Below, piece by piece: positions 13,731 to 26,519 of a stretch of 64,000 nt of DNA. The stretch's first letter is position 1. Every line of letters starts with the position of its first letter. Origin of the DNA: Chiloscyllium plagiosum (Eukaryota); the NCBI RefSeq assembly GCF_004010195.1, contig NC_057719.1:14890269-14954268 (forward strand), given 5' to 3'. The notes beneath the pieces were generated by a model that searched no databases, was not told the origin of the DNA, and saw only the letters and a list, made by a program, of their open reading frames with translations. Position numbers and translations under genes: made by a program.

Positions 13731-13759
13731 TTATTCCTTTTTGCCAAAGTAGATACGAT
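13731..13759 (-). CDS. Candidate terminal coding exon (NRIYFGKKE*) of an unidentified gene
   Basis: Acceptor AATTCTTTTAG; phase 1 matches the candidate exon at 14857-14897. Confidence 0.25.
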
Positions 13760-13792
13760 CTAAAAGAATTACGTTTGTTAACAAAGAAGATC

Positions 13793-13987
13793 TGTGTGTG
13801 TGTGTGTGTGTGCGCAGTGTGTGTGTGTGAGAGAGAGAGAGGGTGTGTGTGTCCTTGTGTGTGTGTGTGTGTGTGTGTATGTGAGTGCATGTGTGTGTAT
13901 GTGTGTGTGAGAGAGTGTGTGTTTGTGAGAGAGAGAGAGAGAATGTGTATGTGTCTGTGTGTCTTTGTGTGTGTGTGTGTGTCTGTG
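13793..13987. repeat. (TG)n/(GA)n compound microsatellite
   Basis: Direct inspection. Confidence 0.95.
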
Positions 13988-14856
13988 GATGTGGTCTCAT
14001 TTCTAGTCATTAAATACCTTTTTATCTTTTGAGACATGACATCAACATAAAACTCTCCAAGTTTCAACACAGAATGGGCTACTTGCAGAATATTATCCTC
14101 CCTATTCTTTTACAAAGAATGACACTAAAAAAGTTCATTTGTATTGCACTTTTCAGAGCACATTACAATCAGTCAAGTGCCTTGTCAAATAGTGTCAGCT
14201 AGTTTGTGACAAAACAGCAAATGTTCCACATATGGCAATGCAGTAATTATCAGAAAGTTTGGACAGAATTAAAACGCCTTCCCCTGGGGAGTTTAATGAT
14301 GGGGAAAGGGTATTTAATCAGGTGGGAGGGTGGCTGAAAGGAACCTCATCACATTTTCGCTTCTGTCCCAAATAGGTTGGATGATAATCCTGTGCCACTG
14401 CCATTTAAGGACTTCAGTCATCCAGTGATGGCTGAGGAGCTTGCAGTGTAGGAGACACTGAGGTGAAAACCCTTGTGAATTTTATTGTGGGCCTCATACA
14501 AAGGCACTCAGTTCCTGATCAAAGGACCTGGTATTAGGAAGTGGAGATGCTTTGTTGAAAGACCAACTCCTAGCCGTACCATTCCTGCCCGTACCACCCC
14601 ACTCAATGTCAATCACCTCTACCCAAGTCCATGATAATCCTGGGCCTCAGGAGAATGCAGTATCTCAGTAGTCACTGACTTCACAATTTGGAGTAAAGGG
14701 TTAACTTTACTCTTACTCAAAGAATACCAAGTGAGCAAGTAGGTAAGAAGTAATAAAGACATCGGATCACATGGAACTGGGAAGAGAGCCTGTTAGGTTC
14801 CAATGAAGATCTCTCTTACTACCCCTTGTATTGATACAATATTAATGTTCACTCAC

Positions 14857-14897
14857 TTGAGTGTGGACTAGATCTTATTAGATGAGATATAGGGTCA
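14857..14897 (-). CDS. Candidate 41-nt exon (DPISHLIRSSPHS)
   Basis: Acceptor TTGCTCTTTAG, donor GTGAGT, open frame, phase 2 to 1. Confidence 0.35.
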
Positions 14898-15284
14898 CTA
14901 AAGAGCAATTCAAAGTTGCTGATATTTTAATTTGTAACAGCCTTCTAAGGGCCAGGCTTACAATCTGGGGGACCCAGTTCGTGGGGTTGGAGGGGGCTGC
15001 AAGTTAACAGTTGCCCTTAGAGAGGCAAAATATGGTTCTGGCTGGTTCATCAGCAGATGTAGTGTACCAGGAGGCACACTCCCATCGTCTTCATTAAATG
15101 ACATTCTCTGTGTCAGTGATGTTGCCCGAGATATACACAGGAAGGACAGGACTTGCGTGGTGGGGCAGCTCCAAATTATTTTCGCAGCTAACTCCTGTTG
15201 CCGGTGATGAGTGCTTCACTCAACTGGACTGGAATGAACTGTAGCCCATGTTAACAAAATGAAAGGCCAATGCTATGAAACATC

Positions 15285-16305
15285 CATGGGTAACACCATT
15301 ACACCGTGGGGACACCGCCTACCATGTACACGGTGAGTACTCAGCCAACACGGCCTATCTTATACACTGAGGATGCCCTGAGGTATGGTACATTGGCGAG
15401 ACCAAGCAGACGCTATGGCAATGGATGCATGGACACCACGCAACAATCACCAGACAGGGGTGTTTCCTCCCAGTTGGGGAACACTTCAGCAGTCCAGGAC
15501 ATTGGACCTCGGACCTTCGGGTGACCATCCTCCAAGGCAGACTTCGGGACAGGCAACAACACAGAGTGGCTGAGCAGCAGCTGATAGCAAAGTTCAATAC
15601 CAATGGGGATTGCCTCAACTGGGACCTTGGGTTCATGTCACACTACATGTGACCCCACTGCACTACACACACACACACGCACACACACGTTCTCTCTCAG
15701 ATGCATACACATATACCCCCTCCACACTTACACCAACACATGCAACCTCCCACACATACCCCACCACACTACACACACACTTAACCAAGCTTACACATGA
15801 ACATGTACACACACGCAAACGCTTTATCACGTGCACTCACACCCATACGCACACACTCACATGCACATTCAATTTGTCATTCCTGCATGTGCACACATAT
15901 AAGTTTATGGGGTGAATTTGTTTTGCAGAATTACATTTTATTTTGCTCAAAAACTGCATGAGCCCATGTAAAACCCTGTAAAACTACACAGAGGGTTTGT
16001 CAGTATGACATAACATTGGGTTATAGACAGACTTCACACCTATTGTTTACAGAACAGAAGCGATCATATCCCATTATAAAAGATGCAAGTTTTAATCGAA
16101 GATTGTTTACTGTATCACATCTCCATGACACTGGTCTCCTTTGGCTGTAAATTCTGAGAGCATGATGTAACCTCCACAACCACCTGATAGAGGAGCAGCA
16201 CTCTGAAAGCTAGTGCTTCCAATTAAACCTGTTGGACTTTAACCTGGTGTTGTGTGATTTTTAACTTTGTACACCCCAGTCTAACACCACCACCGCCAAG
16301 TCATG
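15285..16305 (+). mobile_element. Penelope-like element (Neptune-like) 3' part: decayed GIY-YIG endonuclease, CA-rich spacer, 3' region with degenerate hammerhead
   Basis: Frame-shifted WYIGETKQTL...LPVGEHFSSPGH...AEQQLIAKFNT...LGFMSHY. CTGATAGA...GAAAGCTAGTG at 16184. Confidence 0.85.
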
Positions 16306-16307
16306 AA

Positions 16308-16616
16308 GATTGGATTCCCTACAGTGTGGAAACAGGCCCTTTGGCCCAACAAGTCGACACCAACCCACCGAAGAGTAACTCACCCAGACCCATTTCCCTC
16401 TGACTAATGCACCGAACACTACAGGCAATTTAGCCTGGCCAATTCACCTAACCTGCACATCTTTGGACTGTGGGAAGAAACCAGAGCACCTGGAGGAAAC
16501 CCACACAGACACGGGGACAATGTGCAAACTCCACACAGACAGTCACCCGAGGCTGGAATCAAACCTGGGTCCCTGGCGCTGTGAGGCAGCAGTGCTAACC
16601 ACTGAGCCACTGTGTC
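16308..16616 (-). mobile_element. HE1-type V-SINE
   Basis: GGCTCAGTGGTTAGCACTGCTGCCTCACAGCGCC tRNA head, central GTGGAGTTTGCAC...GGTTTCCTCC core and CR1-like tail. Confidence 0.9.
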
Positions 16617-17392
16617 ACATCCAGATACTTAGTCCCCTCAGTGCACTTTGCAGTAATCCCCATCTTCATCTTCAGTAAAATTCAAAAACAATCTCAAAAA
16701 CAGTATCAACAACAGAAAGACAAAGGAAAATATTTGAATTAATACAATGTGCTGCTGATCTAATCTCACTGGTAGAACTCAATTTATCAGATCCTTTCCC
16801 AAGGATCCAGTCCCATTGCTTTATAATTCAGGTGTAACAAATCTATTATTGAGAAAGCAAAGGATTAATCTGCTTCATACTGTATGAATTTTCTAGTCCA
16901 GGAAAGTTGTTCATTTTCCCAGATTTAATTGTCTAAGCAGTTAAATATCACCTGAAAATTGCAGAACATTTGAACAATGTGTATAACATAGTTTTTAATT
17001 AGGTATTTTCTTTCCTTGATTAGGTTGAATTATGAATGATTAAATAGATTGTGTAACAAAGATTTATAATGCACCCATTTAAATCTCTATCTTTAATTTA
17101 TTGATACCCTAATTGAAGCATAACAGTTCTTGGCAAACTGTTAAACTCCACAAAACAAAGTTAGCACAGAACAAAGGCAATGCAGGATCATGCCAAAAGA
17201 CAAGTCATCAACACAAAGACCAAAATCGCTGCAGGTCAGTCAAAGATTCAGTCACTTTGCACTACAACAAGACGACTCAACTCAATGAGAATCTGCTGCC
17301 AGTCTTACTATTTTCGGTTTTACATTTACTTATGATGAACCAAAATGGTGGCCCAACACATCTTGAATCAATCTTGGTTCAACAATTCTGTA

Positions 17393-17602
17393 TTACCTAT
17401 CGCATTTCCAATGCCCCTCCCCCAAGTCCCTCCTCCCTACCTTTTATCTTAGCCTGCTGGACACACTTTCCTCATTCCTGAAGAAGGGCTTATGCCCGAA
17501 ACGTCGATTCTCCTGCTCCTTGGATGCTGCCTGACCTGCTGCGCTTTTCCAGCAACACATTTTCAGTTCTGATCTCCAGCATCTGCAGTCCTCACTTTCT
17601 CC
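17393..17602 (+). mobile_element. Short PLE-type hammerhead-bearing element (family A)
   Basis: TSD TCAA(C/T)AATTCTGTA at 17379-17392 and 17603-17616; same family as 20685, 30635, 49231 and 60103. Confidence 0.8.
17474..17509 (+). ncRNA. Minimal hammerhead ribozyme motif (family A)
   Basis: CTGAAGA-A-GGGC-TTAT-GCCC-GAAA-C-GTC: intact core, helix II, palindromic helix III and GUC triplet. Helix I is weak. Confidence 0.7.
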
Positions 17603-17780
17603 TCAATAATTCTGTAGACAATAAAAATAGCAGATAAGCTGATTCTGCATTACATCCATATCCTGCAAGTCATGTTTTACTGAACCTCATTTATATCCCC
17701 TCCCCAACCATGTTATTGAACTCCATGCTGTGTAATCACTCCTCTCATTGGTACAACATCAATGCTGTGCTAGGTTTTAC

Positions 17781-17870
17781 CTTGAGCTACCTAACAGTCT
17801 TTCAACAAAGTTGTGCCTTAATTTTCTGAATGGTCTGCTTTTCTGATTAAGTGTTGCACATATTAAGTTG
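17781..17870 (-). CDS. Candidate 90-nt exon (NLICATLNQKSRPFRKLRHNFVERLLGSS)
   Basis: Acceptor TTTTCCTCACGGTCATTTCTATCAG, donor AAG|GTAAAA, single open frame, phase 2-2. Confidence 0.4.
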
Positions 17871-18049
17871 CTGATAGAAATGACCGTGAGGAAAATAGGC
17901 AACGTTCCACTTTTGCACCCAGTATCCACACCTTCAAGTTCCAGGAGAGGGATGGTATTGTTTATATGCAGAAACAATCTCTTTTCAATTGTTGAAGAGT
18001 TTTTAATCCTAGTCTGCTGCATCTGTATGATGCTCTCATATCAACTACT

Positions 18050-18849
18050 CAAAGTTTGTGCGAAGATTTGTAGCTCGGGTGCTCGTTGCTGTGGTTCTGC
18101 TCGCCAAGCTGGAAGTTTTTTGTTGCAAACGTTTCATCCCCTGGCTAGGCGACATCATCAGTGCTTGGGAGCCTCCTGCAAAGTGCTTCTTTGATGTTTC
18201 CTCCGGTGTTTATAGTGGTCTGTCCCTGCCGCTTCCGGTTGTCAGTTTCAGCTGTCCGCTGTAGTGGTTGGTATATTGGGTCCAGGTCGATGTGTTTGTT
18301 GATGGAGTTTGTGGATGAATGCCATGCCTCTAGGAATTCCCTGGCTGTTCTCTGTCTGGCTTGCCCTACGATAGTAGTGTTGTCCCAGTCGAATTCATGT
18401 TGCTTGTTGTCTGCGTGTGTGGCTACTAAGGATAGCTGGTCGTGTCGTTTCGTGGCTAGTTGATGTTCATTTATGCGGATTGTTAGCTGTCTTCCTGTTT
18501 GTCCTATATAGTGTTTTGTGCAGTCCTTGCATGGTATTTTGTACACTACACTACATTACACTACTATCATAGGGCAAGCCAGACAGAGAACAACCAGGGA
18601 ATTCCTAGAGGCATGGCATTCATCCACAAACTCCATCAACAAACACATCGACCTGGACCCAATATACCAACCACTACAGCGGACAGCTGAAACTGACAAC
18701 CGGAAGCGGCAGGGACAGACCACTATAAACACCGGAGAAAACATCAAAGAAGCGCTTCGCAGGAGGCTCCCAAGCACTGATGATGTCACCTAGCCAGGGG
18801 ACGAAACGTTTGCAACAAAAAACTTCCAGCTCGGCGAGCAGAACCACAG
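18050..18849. mobile_element. Penelope-like element (Poseidon-like GIY-YIG C-terminus) as an inverted pair
   Basis: VYKIPCKDC..YIGQTGRQLTIRINEH..REFLEAWHS. Arms 18088-18380 (-) and 18558-18850 (+). TSD CATATCAACTACT at 18037-18049 and 18850-18862. Confidence 0.92.
18774..18813 (+). ncRNA. Minimal hammerhead ribozyme motif (Poseidon-like family); mirror copy at 18125-18164 on the - strand
   Basis: GCA-CTGATGA-T-GTCACCT-AGCC-AGGGGAC-GAAA-C-GTT-TGC; helix I GCA/TGC. Confidence 0.8.
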
Positions 18850-18883
18850 CATATCAACTACTGTTTGAATCTCTATTAGAGAG

Positions 18884-19263
18884 CCATGATTTTGAGGTGC
18901 TGATGTTGGACTGGTGTGTACAAAGTTAAAAGTCACACAACACCAGGTTATAGTCCAAGAGGTTTACTTGGAAGCACTAGCTAGTGAACAAAGAACAAAG
19001 GAAATTTACAGCCCAGGGACAGGCCCTTTGGCCCTCCAAGTCTGAGCCACTGTGTAAACCTGTTGCCCAATTCCTAAGCATCTGTATCCCTCTGCTCCCC
19101 ACCTACTTATGCATCTGTCCAGACGCATCTTAAATTAATCTACCATGTCTACCTCTACTACCTCTGCTAGCAATGCGTTCCAGACACCTACTACCCTCTG
19201 TGTAAAGTTTAGTACTTCCAAATAAACCTGTTGGACTATAACCTGATGTTGTGTGATTTTTAA
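18884..19263. mobile_element. Inverted pair of Neptune-like PLE 3' ends with a CR1 3' fragment (18987-19209, -) at the apex
   Basis: Arms meet at CACTAGCTAGTG. Imperfect TSD CTCTAT(T/G)AGAG at 18871-18881 and 19264-19274. Confidence 0.8.
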
Positions 19264-19468
19264 CTCTATGAGAGGGATTATTTTTACAGTAATTTATATC
19301 AAATAGCATTGTTAACTTAACTGATTGCTTGACAAAAAGAGACCAAATATCAAACAAGAGATTGGGGGACATTGAAGTGCAGTGACCAAGGATAGAATGT
19401 ACACTGGGTGGAGTCTTGATTGTTCACCACCAAGAGTGGGCCAGTACCATCATGTCTGATTGAACTGA

Positions 19469-20036
19469 TCAAGTCCTGTAGGAAGTACTTGCCTTTTGGA
19501 ATACTGCGTTCAGCTCTGGTCTCCATGCTGTAGTAAAATTGTTGTGAAACTTGAAAGGGCTCACAGAAGATTTACAAGGATGTTGCCAGGTTGGAGGGCT
19601 TGAGCTGTAGGGAGAGGCTGGGGCTGTTTTCCCTTGAAGCGTCGGAGGCTGAGGGGTGACCTTATAGATGATTATAAAATCATGAGGGGAATAGATAAGA
19701 TGAATAGTCAAGGTCTTTTCCCCAGGGTAGGGGAGTCCAAAACTATAGGGCGTAGGTTTAAGGTGAGAGGGGACAGATTTAAAAAGGACCGAAGAGAAAA
19801 TGTTTTAACGCAGAGGGTGACACATGTAAGGAATGAGCTGCCCAATGGAGAAGTGGAGGCTGGTACAATTTTAACATTTCAAAGGCATCTGAGCGGATAC
19901 ATGAATAGGAAGGATTAAGAGAGATATGGGCCAAATGCTGACAAATGAACTAGACTGATTTAGGATATCTGGTCAGCATGGACAAGTTGGACCAAAAGGT
20001 CTGTTTCCATGCTGTACATCTCTATGATTGTATGAT
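19469..20036 (+). mobile_element. CR1 (HER1-like) LINE 3' fragment
   Basis: [30 protein letters not shown]; (CTATGA)n-like tail. Confidence 0.92.
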
Positions 20037-20259
20037 AGGTTTGCGACAAGCAGTGAGGAACCAACTAAAACCTGACTGACCTCATTATCATTAACCTGTA
20101 CATTGCAGATGCCTTTCTCTATTGGTATTGCTAAGAGTATTCACTTCACAGTGTTTATGAAGAATATGTGCATATTTCACACTGAAAATACTCTCCAACA
20201 CATTGTGTGGTTCTACCACAGGGCAAAATGGGATAAGTGGAGAACAGATCTACCACTCA

Positions 20260-20628
20260 AGTTTTGAAACATTCAAGATGCTTAGGGGACTTGACAGGGT
20301 AGATGCGGGCTTGTTGGCCCTTGTGGGAGAGTCTCGGACCACTCAGCATTATTTCAGTTGAGGGACTGCAAACTTAAGACTGAGATGAGGGGGAATTTCT
20401 TCTCTCAGAGTATTCTTAATCTGAGGAATTTTTCACCACAGAGGACTGTTGAGTTTAGGTCATTAAGTGTATTCAAGGCTGAGATAGACAGATTTTTAAC
20501 CAGTAAGGAAATCAAGATTTATGGAAAGTGAAGGAAAGTGGAGTTGAGGATTATCAGAGCAGCCATGACCTCACTGAGTGACAGAGCAGAATCGATGGGT
20601 TGACTTCTCCTCGAAAGTATTATGGTTA
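20260..20628 (+). mobile_element. Older CR1 3' fragment
   Basis: GAGATGAGGGGGAATTTCTTCTCTCAGAG...TTCAAGGCTGAGATAGACAGATTTTT. Confidence 0.8.
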
Positions 20629-20684
20629 TCCATGAAACACAGTGTGTCATTAGGATTGGCAGAATTGTGTCCAATCACAGTCTG

Positions 20685-20810
20685 GGAGAAAGTGAGGACT
20701 GCAAATGCTGGAGATCAGAGGCAGAAAGTGTGGTGCTAGAAAAGCACAGCAGGTCAGGCAGCCACCAAGGAACAGGAGAGTTGACGTTTTAGGCATAAGC
20801 TCTTCATCAG
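20685..20810 (-). mobile_element. Family A hammerhead-bearing short element
   Basis: Matches 17478-17602; flanked by CAGTCTG at 20678-20684 and 20808-20814. Confidence 0.8.
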
Positions 20811-21494
20811 TCTGTAACCACATGCTCCACCAAATCCGTTACTTCACTATTAGTATAAAATCAGAGGATCAGCACTGGGCTTGAAGAGGTGTGCAGGAGT
20901 GTGTATCAGCCCTACACATGCACTATGAACAGCAGAAAGAGCAATAGACCTACATGCTCCCACAACCAAAGGATTGGATCGAAGCTCTGCAGTCCTACCA
21001 TGTCTTGTCATGAATGGTGGTGGATAATTAAGTTTAAGGCTCAAAACAAATGGAGCACCAAGTCTAGCAGTAACTTAGTAACAATTAGTACTGTGTTCAT
21101 TTCAGGCTATTAGATGTACAGTCCTGACTGCTGATAAGGAGGACATTATCGTCTCTCAGTCTGAACCAGGGCAGAACCCAAATCATAACCAAACTGACTA
21201 TGGTGAACAAAAGGCAGCTCATGGAGTCAGAGAAACCTCGACTCAATTCCACAAAGTTTGAAAAAGAGTCATTCCTGTTGTTTATACAAGCTTCACTACA
21301 ACAACAACTCGGAAGAAAAACAGCAGCATTTGGGGAGAGAGAAAAGTAGAGTTAATATTTTGAGTCGGGATGGATGCTCTTCAGAAAATATTCTTCAGCT
21401 TTCTCTGCTTTTGCTTCAGATTTACAACACCCACAGAATGTGATTTTTTTTTCTCTCTCCCCCACAGGGAGTGGTTGAAGCAAAATACACTTAC

Positions 21495-22295
21495 GGTCAT
21501 AGAGATGTACAGCACAGAAACCCGACCCTTCAGTCCAACTTGTCCATGCTCACCAGATATCCTAAATTAATCCAGTCCCATTTGCCAGTACTTGGCCCAT
21601 GTCCCTCTAAACCCTTCTTATTCTTATACCAATCTAAATGCCTTTTAAATGTTGTCATTATACTGGCCTTCACCACTTCCTCTGGTAGCTCATTCCATAT
21701 AAGCACCATCTTCTGTGTGAGAAAATTGTCCCTTAAGTCCTTTTAGATTACATTACAGTGTGGAAACAGGCCCTTCGGCCCAACAAGTCCTCACCGACCC
21801 GCCGAAGCGCAACCCACCCATACCCCTACAGTTACCCCTTACCTAACACTACGGGCAATTTAGCATGGCCAATTCACCTTACCTGCACATCTTTGGACTG
21901 TGGGAGGAAACCGGAGCACCCGGAGGAAACCCACGCAGAGAATGTGCAAACTCCACACAGTCAGTCGCCTGAGGCAGGAATTGAACCCAGGTCTCTGGCG
22001 CTGTGAGGCAGCAGTGCTAACCACTGTGCCACCGTGCCGCCCACATCTTTCTGCTCTCACCCTGAACCTATGCTTCTAGTTCTGGACTCCCCCACCCCGG
22101 GGAAAATATCTTGTCTGTTTATCCTGTCCATGAGCCTCATAATTTTGTAAACCTCTATAATGTCACCCCCTCAGCCTCCGATGCTCCAGGGAAAACAGCC
22201 CCAGCCTGTTCAGCCTCTCCCTATTGCTCAAACTCTCCAACCCTGGTACCTCCTTGTAAATCTTTTCTGAACCCTTTCACAACATTCTTCCTATA
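21495..22295 (-). mobile_element. CR1 3' fragment interrupted by an HE1 SINE (21744-22042, -)
   Basis: CR1 continuity across the insertion; full HE1 head GGGCGGCACGGTGGCACAGTGG. Confidence 0.88.
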
Positions 22296-23035
22296 GGGGA
22301 GGTTATATGAGCAAATGAGGAAGAAGAGAATGGATAGTTAGGATGATAGATTCAGATGAGGAAGAAAGGGAGTAGACCCCAGTGGAACATAGAATCGGGC
22401 ATTGGCTGGCTGGGGTGGATGGCTGGTTTGTCTACAATGCGTGTTCTGTCATCCACATAGTGCACAGTGAAAATCTCTTTGTATGCCTGCTTGCCTAGTT
22501 CACTTAGGTTTCAGTGTCAGCTTCATACAGCTGCCTAGCAATCACACCTACTACTAGAAGTCTTGCCATTAAAGCTGATGGATACATAGCCTGTGACATA
22601 AGACAATCTCAGTCTTGCCAGCCATTCTTAAAAGAGACAGCAGTGGGCCTCCACTAAAATGGTGCTATATATTTTTAGGTTTGACTTTTCTTTCTGTGAT
22701 GCTGCATGTGCTTCTCCTGGCCCAATAAAAATCCCACTGCCAACATCGCCATTCTCACATCCCCCCCCCCAAAACCTTTCACCACAGCCTTGTACCGGCA
22801 TCCAGTTCAGCTACCAACCCAACCTGAACCACCAACCAGTTGCTAGTCTGTCTCTCACAGATTGGAATAACCATTTGTTATTGATTAAACCACCAAGAAA
22901 CATGTTAACTGAAGAGACAGCCTTGATGGAAGAGTAATGAAGAGCCTGCCTGTATTGCATCCACTGAATTATTTCCTCACAGCATCAACTGAAATGCATA
23001 ATTTGCCTTGGTATAATTGAGAGAGAAACCTAAGA

Positions 23036-24642
23036 TCATAGAATTGCAGAATCCCTACAGTATGGAAACAGACCATTTGACCCATCGAGTCCACACTGAC
23101 ACACCGAAGAGCATCCCACCCAGCACCATCCCAAACCCCTTACCTTATCCCTGTAACCCTGCATTTCCCATGGCTAATCTAACTAGCCTGCACATCCCTT
23201 GACACTATGGGACAATTTAGCATGACCAATGGGGCGGCACGGTGGCTCAGTGGTTAGCACTGTAGCCTCACAACACCAGCGTCCCAGGTTCAATTCCAGC
23301 CTTGGGTGACTGTCTCTGTGGAGTTTGCATATTCTGCCTGTGTCTGCGTGGGCTTCCTCTGGGTGCTCCGGTTTCCTCCCACAGTCTAAATGATTGCAGG
23401 TTAGGTGATTTGACCTTGCTTAATTGTCCATAGTGTTAGGTGTATTAGTCAGAGTGAAATGGGTCTGGGTGGGTTTCTCTTTGGAGGGTCAGTGTGGACT
23501 TGTTGGGCCGAAGGGCCTGTTTCCACATTATATGGAATCTAATCTAATTTTAAAAAAATCCACCTAGCCTGCACATCTTTGGACTGTGCGAGGAAATGGG
23601 AGCACCCAGAGGAAACTCACACAGACAGGGGCAAATGTGAAAATTCCACACAGACAGTCGCCTGAGGCTAAGGATGGATGAACTTTATAATCCTAATGTT
23701 GAGATTGTGGTAGACAGAGACATACACACACATGGGTGGGGGAAGCATGCTAGCTCAGTGGTTAGCACTGCTGTCTTGCAGCGCCAGGGACTCAGGTTTG
23801 AATCCTCCCTCGGTCAATTGTCCTAGTGGAGTTTGCACATTCTCCCCATGTCTGCGTGGGTTTCCTCTGGGTGCTCCGGTTTCTTCCCACAATCCAAAGA
23901 TCTGCAAATTAGGTGGATTGGCCATGCTAAATTGCTCATAATGTCCAGGGATGTATAGGTTAGGTGGTTTAACAATGGGAAGTGTGGACTGATTGGGTTT
24001 GAGTGGGAAGCTTTTCAAAGGTATGGTGTGGAATCGATGGGCAGAATTGCCTGTTTACCAACTGTGGGTATTCTATCCAATCCCACCTCATAGCTACAAT
24101 TTTCCAAATTTGACAATCGTAGAATAGAACAATAGAATCCCTACAGTTTGGAAGCCAGTCATTTGACCCACCAAGTTCACGCTGACGTTCCAAAGATGAT
24201 CCCACCCAGACTCACCCCATCCCTATAACCCTGCATTTCCCATTTCTAATCCACCCAGCCTGTGCATCTTTGGACACTAGGTAATTGAGAACGGACATCA
24301 AATTTTGGTGTAAATCTCCTGTGTGCTATCTCAAGTGTAATTGCATCCTTTCTGTGATGTATATAAGACAGTCACAGAAACTGCAATGTCAGTTTTCAAT
24401 TTGCACCCCGCTGATCTTGTGACCTTCCTGAGATGATGTTATATCAGCACGGGTTTTCTCTGGGTGCTCCAGTTTCCTCCCATAGTCCAAACATGCGCAG
24501 GTTGGTTGGATTGGCCATGGGAACTGCAGCATTGCAGGGATAGATCGGGCAGCAGGTCTGGATGGGATTCTCTTTGGATGGTCAGTATGTACTTGATGGG
24601 CCGAATGGCCTGCTTGCCCACTATAGCCATTCTATGATTCTA
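23036..24642. mobile_element. Cluster of V-SINEs: 23036-23670 (-) with nested HE1 23232-23550 (+), then 23738-24085 (+), 24117-24280 (-) and 24446-24642 (+)
   Basis: Shared HE1 head, core and tail motifs. Confidence 0.85.
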
Positions 24643-24784
24643 TATTATCCTTCACTTTGGGCAGAGCATTAAACAATGCAAAATAGTTTAAGTAAATCCT
24701 CTCCAAATATATGTTTGAACTGAACCTAACTAAGTAGCTCATCAGCAAAATTAAAAGTGGATGATCTCACTTGTCTATACATAC

Positions 24785-24874
24785 TTTGGTAGATCATCAA
24801 ACGTATTTTGTGAATTGGTAGAACTGGGATGTTTGTCCAATTTTGCTGAGATAGAGATAGAGCAAAAGAAGTCT
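24785..24874 (-). CDS. Candidate 90-nt exon (DFFCSISISAKLDKHPSSTNSQNTFDDLP)
   Basis: Acceptor ATGTTTTTTTTTAG, donor GTATGT, phase 2-2. A second frame is also open. Confidence 0.4.
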
Positions 24875-25171
24875 CTAAAAAAAACATAAAGTTCACTTAA
24901 AATAACATTTTTTCCATGAGTGAAAATCAATTATTCTTTGTTCTTCAAAGAGATTAATACAAGATTTCTTTTCTAGGAGTGGGACCAGTTTTGCTCCAGT
25001 TTTGAAAAAAATAATAAAAAAAACGATTCTTATCAAAATCCTTTTAAATTTTGTTTTGTTGATTTTATAAAGAGCTTTAGTAAAATGAGTGGCTGTTCAT
25101 TAGATTTTTACAGTTTTGGGAAAATGTTTTGAGATCTTTAAAAATGATACATCGATCTTCGATGTATTCAT

Positions 25172-26270
25172 CGAGACATGGAGTTATACAGCATGGAAAT
25201 AGAATCTTCGGTCCAACTTGTCCATGCTTATCAGGTTTCCCAAACAGAATTTGCCCCATTTGCTGTTTTTGGCCCATGTCCCTCTAAATCTATCCTGTCC
25301 GTGTACCTGTCCAAATGTATTTTAAATGATGTAAATTATAACTGATTTTGATGTGAATATAGGAGATATGGTAAAACGTTTGCAGATGAAGCCAAAATAG
25401 ATGGTGTAGTGGACAGTGAAGAAGATTATCTCAGGTTACAACAGGACCTTGATCAGATCGGCCAATGAGCCAAGGAGTGGCAGATGGATTTTTATTTAAA
25501 TAAATGTGAGATGTTGCATTTTCGTAAGGCAAACCATGGTAGGACTTATACAGTTAATAATAGGGCCCTAGGGAGTGTTGCCAAACAAAGAAACCTAGGG
25601 GTGCAGGTGAGTAGTTCCTTGAAAGTAGAGTCGCAGGTAGATAGGGGGTGAAAAAGGCGTTTGGCATGCTTGCCTTCATTGGTCATAACATTGAGTATAG
25701 GAGGGTGGGATGTCATGCTGGCACTGTATTGGAAATTGGTGAGGCTATTGGAATACACCATACAATTCTGGTCACCCTTCCATAGGAAGGATGTTGTCAA
25801 ACTTGAGAGTGTGCAGAACAAATTTACAAGGATGTTGCCACGACTGGAGGGAGAGGATAGATAGGTTGGGGCTTTTTTGCCCCAATCGGAGGTGCGACCT
25901 TAAAGAGGTTTATAAAATCATGGCAGGCATGGATAAGCTAAATAGCCAAAGTCTTTTTCCTGGGGTGGGGAAGTCCAAAACTAGAGGACATAGAGTTAAA
26001 AGTGAGAGGGGAAAGATTTAAAAAGGATCTGGAATGTGGTGCCAAAGGAAGTGGTGGGGGTTGGTACAGTTACAACATTTCAAAGGCATCTGGATGGGTT
26101 TATGAATAGGGAGGGTTGGGAGGGATATGGGCCAAATGTTGACAAATGGGACTAAGTCAGATTGCAATGTTGGGCTGACATGGATGAGTTGGATCGAAGG
26201 GTCTGATTCTGTGCTGTATGACACTTTGACTCCAGATACTTACCTCTACCACTTCCTCTGACTGTTCATT
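25172..26270. mobile_element. CR1 RT-3' fragment (25340-26232, +) nested in a minus-strand CR1 3' end
   Basis: FADEAKI, LEYTIQFWSP motifs; the minus-strand element resumes at ~26237. Confidence 0.85.
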
Positions 26271-26519
26271 TTGCCAGTGGGCATGACCCAACGGGATTGA
26301 AGCCCAAAGGCAGCCGCAGTGTTACCATCCGAGCTGATGCTTTACTGGACAACTCCAATCCCAGAATGAAACCTGGTTTGGTTGTTTGTTTGTTTTGCTT
26401 ATTTAGTTGACATGTTGGTTAGCCTACCAACCATATTCACATAAGGCTGCAGACTCTCTTAAACAATAAAACAGAAGTTTGTTACAGAAATTACACAGAT
26501 AAAATTAAAAAAAAGAAAA

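Noticed and set aside
13642..14070. His/Thr- or Cys/Val-rich ORFs (also 15603-15915 and 63257-63825)
   Set aside because: Translations of (CA/TG)n microsatellites.
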